Shown here in pieces: positions 57,450-64,000 of a stretch of DNA of 64,000 bases. Within the stretch, counting starts at the first letter, position 1. Every line of letters begins with the position of its first letter. The translations under genes and the position numbers were made by a program. The stretch is taken from positions 3,568,865 to 3,632,864 of the forward strand of contig OZ257157.1 in the NCBI GenBank assembly GCA_965279405.1, given 5' to 3'. The notes under the pieces are model-generated. The model worked only from the letters and a program-made list of their open reading frames with translations, was not told the origin of the DNA and did not search any database. Source of the stretch: Ilumatobacteraceae bacterium (lineage in GTDB: Bacteria > Actinomycetota > Acidimicrobiia > Acidimicrobiales > Ilumatobacteraceae).

Positions 57450-58792
57450 GGGATGTCCACCACCAACGTCGTCGGGCCGCCGGGCGGGCTCGTCATGCGC
57501 AACGATCCTTCGACGGAGCGCACGCGGTCGTGCAGGCCGGCGAGGCCGCCGCCGGCGTGCTCGTGAGCACCGCCGATGCCGTCGTCGGTGACCGCGATCC
57601 GCAGTGCGTTCTGGTGTCGTGTCACGAGCACCGAAGCGTAGGAGGCGCGACTGTGCTTGGCGACGTTGGTGAGCGCCTCGGCGACGACGAAGTAGGCGGC
57701 GGACTCGACGGTTGCCGGCGGGCGCTCGTCGAGGCGCACATCGACCTCGATCGGGATCGCGCTGCGCCCGGCCAGCGCCGACAGCGCGGCGTCCAGCCCG
57801 CGGTCGGTGAGCACCGAGGGCATGATCCCGCGAACGAGGTTGCGCAGCTCGCCGATCGCGTTCTTCGCCTCCTCGTGAGCTCGCCCGACGAGCTCAGCCG
57901 CTTCGGTCTGATCGGTGGCGGCCAGCCGCTCCTTGGCCATGCCGAGGTCCATCGCCAACGCGACGAGCCGCTGCTGCGCGCCGTCGTGGAGGTCGCGCTC
58001 CAATCGGCGCAACTCGCCCTGCGAGCCCTCGACCGATGCGTCGCGGCTCACCGTCAGCTCCTCGACCCGTTTCGTCAGCTGCTCCTTCTCGTTCTGCGAG
58101 AGCAGACCGCGGACGAGTGCCTTGTCGACGGCGGCGAAGCCACGGACGATGAACGGGGTGACGTAGAGCAGGACGAGACCGAGGACGAAGTTGCCGGCGA
58201 TCCACCCGAGGCGACCCCATCCCTTCAACACGTAGTCCTCGCCGAACTGCTGGTCGACGAGCCAGCCCCAGATCGGCGCGGTCGCGCCGCCGAGCGCGAC
58301 GGACCAGAGCGTGATCGTGACGACGAAGGTGGTGATGCCCCACGGCAGCATCAGGAACCCATAGAGCAGGCCCTGCCAACCGCCACGATCGCCGAGCCCG
58401 GCGCCGACGCGCGCCCACAGGCCGGTCGAGGTCGGCGCGCGTCGCGGGTAGGGGCGGACGTCGATGTCGAGCAGCGCGGCGGCACGGGCCCGATCGGCGG
58501 CGGCGATGGCCCGTCCGATCCAGACCGTCGCGATCATCAGCGGGATGCCGATGACGGTGACGAACAGGCCGGCGCTCACCGACAGCAGGGTGATGGCGAT
58601 GGTGAACCAGGCGATGCCGAGCGGCAGGCTCATCAACAGGTAGAGCGAGCTCTTCCACGTGCGCTTGTCGAGGAACGGGCGGAGGAAGAACGGCCGGTGA
58701 CGGACGTCGGTGCGGGGTCCCCGCACAGGGGCGATGGTGGGGCTTGCGAACATGCCTCCATCCTGCGGATCCGGTGGCGTGGCCACGATCAT
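57437..58792 (-). CDS. Sensor histidine kinase (HisKA_3 / LiaS-DesK type) with a multi-TM sensor domain
   Basis: H-box RDLHDGAQQRLVAL. ATPase motifs EALTNVAKHS and VTDDGIGG. The N-terminal half is hydrophobic. The ATG overlaps the DeoR stop as ATGA. Confidence 0.85.
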   Translation of the reverse strand: MIVATPPDPQDGGMFASPTIAPVRGPRTDVRHRPFFLRPFLDKRTWKSSLYLLMSLPLGIAWFTIAITLLSVSAGLFVTVIGIPLMIATVWIGRAIAAADRARAAALLDIDVRPYPRRAPTSTGLWARVGAGLGDRGGWQGLLYGFLMLPWGITTFVVTITLWSVALGGATAPIWGWLVDQQFGEDYVLKGWGRLGWIAGNFVLGLVLLYVTPFIVRGFAAVDKALVRGLLSQNEKEQLTKRVEELTVSRDASVEGSQGELRRLERDLHDGAQQRLVALAMDLGMAKERLAATDQTEAAELVGRAHEEAKNAIGELRNLVRGIMPSVLTDRGLDAALSALAGRSAIPIEVDVRLDERPPATVESAAYFVVAEALTNVAKHSRASYASVLVTRHQNALRIAVTDDGIGGAHEHAGGGLAGLHDRVRSVEGSLRMTSPPGGPTTLVVDIPCAS

Positions 58793-59580
58793 GCCCCCCG
58801 GTGGATCGGTGGTGGGGTTACCCCCCGGGCGCGGATGATCGTCAGCCCGGCCTTGCCGAGCGCGCGAGCCGCGGCCGCCGACGTTGCCTCGTCGGTGATC
58901 GCGCCGGCGACGTCGCCGAAGCCGACGACGCGGAACGGTGATGCCGCGCCGACCTTCTCCGACGAGGCGAGCACGTAGGTCTCCGAGGCGCGACGACAGA
59001 GCGCCCGTTTGATCGCGGCCTCCTCGGCATCGCCCGTCGTCAGCCCGGCCTTCGGGTGCACGCCACTGACGCCGAGGAAGAACACGTCGGCGCTCATCGA
59101 CGCGATCTGCTCGGCGGCGATCGAGCCGACGGCGACGACCGAGTGCGGGTACAGCCGACCGCCGATCAGGAGCACCTCGATGCGCGGGTGGGCCACGAGC
59201 TCGACGGCGACGGTGGGCGAGTGGGTGATGATCGTCGCTCGTCGATCACGAGGGAGGGCGCGACACAACGCCTGGGCTGTGGTGCCGCCGTCGATGAACA
59301 CGGTCTGGCCGTCGGTGACCATCGTCGCGGCGTGGGCGGCGACGGCCGCCTTCGCCGCATTGGCGACGGTTCGCCGGGCTTCGAAGTCCTGCGCGGCGAG
59401 CGAGATCGGCAGTGCACCGCCGTGCACGCGTTGCAGCTTCCCGTCGGCGGCGAGCTCGCGCAGGTCTCGGCGAACGGTGTCCTCGGACACGCCCCAGTGC
59501 GACGCGAGGTCCTTGGCGACGACGGTGCCGTCCCGGTCGAGGAGATCGAGGATCGTCGTCTTGCGTTGCGCGGTCAGCAC
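58789..59580 (-). CDS. DeoR/GlpR family transcription regulator
   Basis: RKTTILDLLDRDGTVVAKDLASHWGVSEDTVRRDLRELAADGKLQRVHGGA, followed by a sugar-phosphate-isomerase-like effector domain. Confidence 0.88.
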   Translation of the reverse strand: MLTAQRKTTILDLLDRDGTVVAKDLASHWGVSEDTVRRDLRELAADGKLQRVHGGALPISLAAQDFEARRTVANAAKAAVAAHAATMVTDGQTVFIDGGTTAQALCRALPRDRRATIITHSPTVAVELVAHPRIEVLLIGGRLYPHSVVAVGSIAAEQIASMSADVFFLGVSGVHPKAGLTTGDAEEAAIKRALCRRASETYVLASSEKVGAASPFRVVGFGDVAGAITDEATSAAAARALGKAGLTIIRARGVTPPPIHRGA

Positions 59581-59636
59581 GCGGCGATGCTAGCGCCTCT
59601 GCACGAATCTGCTTGTTTCTGCATGAAACTACACAT

Positions 59637-60041
59637 ATGATCGACGGCATGAACGACACCGATCATCGACCGATGCTGATCCTCATCGCCGGGCCGTACC
59701 GCTCCGGCACGAACGACGAACCGGATCGGCTGGCGGCCAACCTCGCCGTCCTCGAGTCGGCGTCCTGGCCGATCTTCGAGGCCGGTCACATCCCGATGAT
59801 CGGTGAGTGGGTTGCCCTGCCCGTCATGCGTTGCGTCGGTTCCGACGTCGGCGACGCGACCTCGTTGCGGGTGCTGTCGCCGACGGCCGAGCGGTTGCTC
59901 GAGCACTGCGATGCGGTGCTCCGGCTGCCGGGCGCATCGACGGGTGCGGACAACGACGTGCGCATCGCGAACGCTCGCGGCATCCCGGTCTTCACGAGCG
60001 TCGCCGAGATCCCGCGCCGGTCGTCGACCGCCGTCGCCTAG
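59637..60041 (+). CDS. Hypothetical protein, possibly nucleoside 2-deoxyribosyltransferase-like / DUF4406-like
   Basis: ORF 59412..60041, starting at M76 (59637). LILIAGPYRSGTNDEP...CDAVLRLPGASTGADNDVRIANARGIPVF resembles the Rossmann-like pattern of that family. Tentative, from memory. Confidence 0.45.
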   Translation: MIDGMNDTDHRPMLILIAGPYRSGTNDEPDRLAANLAVLESASWPIFEAGHIPMIGEWVALPVMRCVGSDVGDATSLRVLSPTAERLLEHCDAVLRLPGASTGADNDVRIANARGIPVFTSVAEIPRRSSTAVA

Positions 60042-61234
60042 CGGTCCCAGCGCACGTGGAGGTGCGCGGGTGCACGGAACTCCCAACCGCGCACGCGCGG
60101 CGGACGGTCGTCATCCAGCCTGAGGTTGCGGCAGCGTTCGAAGAGGCCGCCGATGGCCAAGCGCATCTGCAGCCGCGAGACGTGGTGGCCAGGGCAGAAG
60201 TGAGCGCCGAACCCGAACGCGCCGTGCGGACGTGCGGTGCGGAACAGGTCGAACTCCTCGGCGTCCTCGCCGAACACGTCGTGGTCGCGACTGGCCGACG
60301 AGACGAGCAGGCCGACGTTCGCGCCGGCCGGAAGGTCGACGCCCGACAAGGTCGTGGCCGCGGTGGTCCGGCGCGTCTGGGTGCCGATCGGAGCGATCCA
60401 GCGCAGACCCTCCTCGATCGCCTGGCGAACGAGGTCGTGCGGGTCGGATCGCATCGCTTCCGCCTGATCGGGGTTGGACAGCACGCCGAGCACCGTGGAC
60501 CCGGCTGCGTGGCCCGGCTCCTGCATGCCGCCGGTGATCGTGATCTTGATCGTCGGCATCATCCAGGCGATCCGTTCCTCGACCGACCCACCTCGAGCAG
60601 CGGCCATGCCGGCGATCATCGAGTCATCCGGCTCACGGGCCAGGCGTTCGATGATCGGACGAAGGCGACCGTCGATGTCCGCACCGGCCGCAGCGCCGAT
60701 GTCGTCCTTGACCGGATCGCCCTCGAAGTTGGTCGCGCCCACCGCCATGTCGGCGAACCAGTGGCGGAGCGTCGCGTCGTCGACCTCGCCGATGCCCATC
60801 ATCTCGGCCAGGGCGCGCACGCTGATCGGCTCGAACAGCTCCGACATCAGCTCGGCTTCGCCACGATCCTGCAGCCGATCGAGGTACTGGTCGACCATGG
60901 CCGCCAGCGCGGTTGCGACGCGTGCCTCGACCGCCCGCGGCCGCAACGGAGGCTCCACCGCCTTGCGCAGCTCGCGGTGAGGTGGGCCGTCGACCAACAG
61001 GATGTTGCCGGCGCCCATCGTGCGTTCGAGCGGAGACGGCGTCACGCCGGCAGAGAACACCTCGCCGTTGCGCGCCGCGGCGTCGACGGCCTGCCACGTG
61101 GTGACCAGCCACAGCTCCACGGCAGGCACCCATGCGACCGGTGCGTGCTCGCGCAACCATGCGTACGCCGGGTACGGGTCGGCGTCGAGCTCGGCCACGG
61201 TGATCGCGGCCAGGCGGTCGTCCACGGTGCTCAT
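60038..61234 (-). CDS. Cytochrome P450
   Basis: AGMQEPGHAA (I-helix-like), ExxR motif EEGLRW, and heme loop FGFGAHFCPGHHVSR. Confidence 0.9.
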   Translation of the reverse strand: MSTVDDRLAAITVAELDADPYPAYAWLREHAPVAWVPAVELWLVTTWQAVDAAARNGEVFSAGVTPSPLERTMGAGNILLVDGPPHRELRKAVEPPLRPRAVEARVATALAAMVDQYLDRLQDRGEAELMSELFEPISVRALAEMMGIGEVDDATLRHWFADMAVGATNFEGDPVKDDIGAAAGADIDGRLRPIIERLAREPDDSMIAGMAAARGGSVEERIAWMMPTIKITITGGMQEPGHAAGSTVLGVLSNPDQAEAMRSDPHDLVRQAIEEGLRWIAPIGTQTRRTTAATTLSGVDLPAGANVGLLVSSASRDHDVFGEDAEEFDLFRTARPHGAFGFGAHFCPGHHVSRLQMRLAIGGLFERCRNLRLDDDRPPRVRGWEFRAPAHLHVRWDR

Positions 61235-61250
61235 CGCATCGGCGTCGCGG

Positions 61251-61874
61251 TCAGTGACCGCGACGGAGCCAGTCGTCCAGTGCTGGTGCCTCGGCGCCGA
61301 TGGTCGTGCTGTCGCCGTGACCGGTGTGGACGATCGTCTCCGGCGGCAAGGTCAGCAGCTGTGCGGCGATGCTGGCGACGATGGTCGGGAAGTCGCTGTG
61401 GCTTCGCCCAGTGGCACCCGGGCCGCCGCAGAAGAGCGTGTCGCCGCTGAACACGACGCCATCGGCGTCGTCGCGGAAGCAGCAGCACCCGGGGGAGTGC
61501 CCCGGTGTGTGCAGCACGCCGAGCTCGACGCCGCCACCCCGCAGCGTGGTGCCCGGGACGATGTCGCGGTCGGGGGCACGGTCGGGGTAGACGACGTCCC
61601 ACAGCATGCGGTCTGCCGGATGCAGGTAGATCGGGGCGTCTGTCGCCTCGGAGAGGTCGACCGCAGCGTTGATGTGGTCGTTGTGCCCGTGTGTGAGCAC
61701 GATGCCGGCGACCCGCCGGCCGTTGATCGCGGCGAGGATCGGTTCGTGGTCGTGCGCGGCGTCGATGACGAGCACTTCGCGTTCGCTGCCGACGAGCCAG
61801 ATGTTGTTGGTGACCTCCCACTCGCCGCCGTCGAGGGCGAAGATCCCGGTGGTGTTGACGAGCTCGATGGCCAT
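61251..61874 (-). CDS. MBL-fold metallo-hydrolase (glyoxalase II-like)
   Basis: VLTHGHNDHINAA is the HxHxDH motif. HTPGHSPG and HTGHG. Confidence 0.88.
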   Translation of the reverse strand: MAIELVNTTGIFALDGGEWEVTNNIWLVGSEREVLVIDAAHDHEPILAAINGRRVAGIVLTHGHNDHINAAVDLSEATDAPIYLHPADRMLWDVVYPDRAPDRDIVPGTTLRGGGVELGVLHTPGHSPGCCCFRDDADGVVFSGDTLFCGGPGATGRSHSDFPTIVASIAAQLLTLPPETIVHTGHGDSTTIGAEAPALDDWLRRGH

Positions 61875-61879
61875 GCGTG

Positions 61880-63085
61880 TCAGCGTGGCACGTTCGGGCC
61901 CCGCCGAACCAGCGTCGCCAGCGCGTACGCCCCGGCGCCCAGGTAGAGCACGGCCTGCACCTCGAGCAGCGGGGTCAGCCCGACGTGGTCGAGGAGCACG
62001 CCGGTGACGATGCTGCCGACTGCCGCGCCCGCCAGGCCGACGGCGTCCGTCGTGCCCATCACGCGGCCGAGCACCTCGGGCGGTGCCGACGTCTGCGCCG
62101 TCGTGAGGATGCCCACCTGCATCGCCGCGCCGGGTGCGCCGGCCAGTGAGAACAGGATCGCGGCGACCACCAACGAGGTGGTCACGGCGGGTGCGTTCCA
62201 GAAGAGGACCGCCGCGGTGCCCATCCCCAGCAGTCCCGCGGCGAGCAGGCGGGAGGCCTCGACGCGCGCCGCGAGCCGGGCGATGACGACGCTGCCGACG
62301 ATGCCTCCCACCGCCTGCGTGCCGCGGATGATCCCGACCGCACTGCCGTCGCCATGGAGGCGTTCGATCACGAAGGCGACGAACAGGACGAGGAACATCC
62401 CTTGCGCGACCTGCACGATGCCGATGACGGTCACCAACGGGCGCAACGACGGGTGCTCGCGGATCGCGGCGATGCCGGCACGCACACCTCTGCTGCGATC
62501 GGTGCCGAACGTGGCGATCGGCGACGCGTCAGCGCGGACGAGGGCGGTCAGCCCTGCGACCGCGAGGAAGCTGATGCCGTCGGCGATGACCACCGCGTGC
62601 AGACCGCCGGCCTGTACGACGATGCCGCCGAGTGGCGAGCCGATGAGGCGGGCCAGGCTGCCACTGGTCGCGTTGGCAGCGTTCGCCGCGACGAGCTGAT
62701 CCGCAGCAACCAGTCGCGGGAGCAACGCGACGCCGGCGGGGTTGTTCAGCCGGGTCAGCACCGCTTGCGCTGCTGCGACGAGGAAGGCGGGCCAGATGCG
62801 GTCGGGCGTCACCGCCAGCAGCGGCAGCAGGGTGACCGCCTGCGCGAGGTTGGTCGTGATGAGGGTGCGGCGAAGGTCCCAGCGGTCGACGAGGCTCCCG
62901 GCGTAGGGGCCGACCACCACGCCGAGCCCGTACTCGATCGCGAACAGGAGCGCCGTTGCCGCACCGGAGCGGGTCTCGGCGAACACGTAGACCGGCAGGG
63001 CCACCATCAACAGCCAGTCGCCGACGTCGTTGACGAACGAGCCGGTCCACACCAGCCGGAAGTTGCGGTCGCGCCAGGGGCTCAT
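61880..63085 (-). CDS. MFS transporter
   Basis: About 12 hydrophobic helices. WTGSFVNDVGDW and the loop 2-3 motif GSLVDRWDLRR. Confidence 0.85.
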   Translation of the reverse strand: MSPWRDRNFRLVWTGSFVNDVGDWLLMVALPVYVFAETRSGAATALLFAIEYGLGVVVGPYAGSLVDRWDLRRTLITTNLAQAVTLLPLLAVTPDRIWPAFLVAAAQAVLTRLNNPAGVALLPRLVAADQLVAANAANATSGSLARLIGSPLGGIVVQAGGLHAVVIADGISFLAVAGLTALVRADASPIATFGTDRSRGVRAGIAAIREHPSLRPLVTVIGIVQVAQGMFLVLFVAFVIERLHGDGSAVGIIRGTQAVGGIVGSVVIARLAARVEASRLLAAGLLGMGTAAVLFWNAPAVTTSLVVAAILFSLAGAPGAAMQVGILTTAQTSAPPEVLGRVMGTTDAVGLAGAAVGSIVTGVLLDHVGLTPLLEVQAVLYLGAGAYALATLVRRGPNVPR

Positions 63086-63669
63086 GCGTCGGGTCGGCGA
63101 AACGCTTGGAGCGACATCCGGACAGGCGCTGCGCTTGCCGGAGCGTCATCTCGGGTGATGGCGATGAACGGCCGAACGATCGCATCGATCCGATCGGCGA
63201 TGGCGCGCAGCTCCGCCGGCGTGACGGCGAGGTGATAGGTGGTGAAGCGCGCCGCGTCCTGCCACGCAGCAGACAGGTGCTTGGCGCCGACCGCGTACTC
63301 CTTGGCCAGCCGGGCACCTTCGTCGACGCCCATGTCGCTCAGCACACGGCGGATCGAACGCTCGGTCGGCCCGTCCTGGCTCGGCTTGGCAGCGAAGTCG
63401 TAGCCCGTCGCGGTGGTGCGCCAGCGTCGCTCCCTGCCGTCATCGCCGGGTTCGGCATCGACGCGCTCGAGCATGCCGAAGCGGGCCAGGTGACGCAGGT
63501 GGTAGCTGCATGCGGAAGGTGTGAGCCCGACGGCTTGCGCACACGACGTCGCCGTGCGCGGGCCGGCCATCAGCAGGTCGAGCAGTCGCACGCGAGCAGG
63601 GTGGGACAGCGCTGCGAGCACGCGGACGTCGGTGATCGCCGTTCGGTGCTCGGCTCTCGGATGGCTCAT
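63082..63669 (-). CDS. ArsR-family (winged HTH) transcription regulator
   Basis: LAALSHPARVRLLDLLMAGPRTATSCAQAVGLTPSACSYHLRHLARFGML. The stop overlaps the MFS ATG as ATGA. Confidence 0.8.
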   Translation of the reverse strand: MSHPRAEHRTAITDVRVLAALSHPARVRLLDLLMAGPRTATSCAQAVGLTPSACSYHLRHLARFGMLERVDAEPGDDGRERRWRTTATGYDFAAKPSQDGPTERSIRRVLSDMGVDEGARLAKEYAVGAKHLSAAWQDAARFTTYHLAVTPAELRAIADRIDAIVRPFIAITRDDAPASAAPVRMSLQAFRRPDA

Positions 63670-63789
63670 CGTTCATCGGCTCCGGATCTGAAGGAAGTGC
63701 TTCATGATCGCGACAGCGCGGGGAGATGTCAAGGGATTGCTTCACATCGTCGTTTGGTGGGCTCGATCGCCGGATGGCAGGGTGACCGG

Positions 63790-64000
63790 ATGACGGATCC
63801 GACGGGCGAGCGAAACCTCGAGCGACTGCTCGCCGGCCTCGAGCCGGTGCGACGTGAGGGCACCTGGGTGTTCGCCTGTGCCGCTGCGATTCCGCCCGGC
63901 GCCAACCCGATCGCCACGGTGCGCGAAGCCGAAGGCATCACCTTGGTGATCGAGCAGTCCGAGGCCGATCGCCTCGGCCTCGGCTACGACTTCGTCGCGG
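63790..64000 (+). CDS. ACT-domain-like protein, N-terminal fragment (runs off the window)
   Basis: From ATG 63790 the frame reads MTDPTGERNLERLLAGLEPVRREGTWVFACAAAIPPGANPIATVREAEGITLVIEQSEADRLGLGYDFVA and is open to the window end. It is not in the ORF track because it has no stop. Confidence 0.45.
   Translation, partial: MTDPTGERNLERLLAGLEPVRREGTWVFACAAAIPPGANPIATVREAEGITLVIEQSEADRLGLGYDFVA

Overview
High-GC, densely coding chromosomal segment, judged by eye (G+C not computed). It looks like an Actinomycetota-type genome because it carries CarD, a glnX-glnH-pknG module, an Lsr2-type DNA-binding domain, an LPXTG surface protein and many 1-4 nt start/stop overlaps. I support about 66 protein genes, one tRNA-Arg(TCT), several hairpin or terminator elements and two tandem-repeat tracts. 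I saw no rRNA, CRISPR array, transposase, integrase or prophage genes. Gene content by theme: (1) nitrogen: amt-glnK, a GS-like enzyme and PknG; (2) B12-related: mutA-mutB-meaB, a B12-binding HTH regulator and SUMT cobA; (3) class I RNR nrdAB; (4) two group II PLP decarboxylases; (5) two P450s and two luciferase-like monooxygenases; (6) ABC transporters; (7) three two-component or regulator sets; (8) cell-wall hydrolases. Best candidates for something undescribed: (a) a seven-gene translationally coupled operon (41261-49942) that joins the GlnX-GlnH-PknG sensor module to a helical protein, a PP2C phosphatase, a vWA protein and an FHA protein, in which kinase, phosphatase and FHA protein all carry the same N-terminal zinc-ribbon motif; (b) an ERCC4 nuclease fused to an Lsr2-like DNA-binding tail, coupled to a flavin monooxygenase and a VOC protein (14413-17053); (c) two homologous 49-nt palindromes with compensatory arm substitutions plus a third hairpin in the mutA/APH divergent region (29142-29417); (d) an HTH/B12-binding regulator divergent from nrdAB. 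Internal start codons were placed by residue counting from the ORF track. The track evidently renders GTG and TTG starts as M. Many long Arg/Pro/Gly-rich ORFs in the track are GC-driven shadow frames and are not reported.
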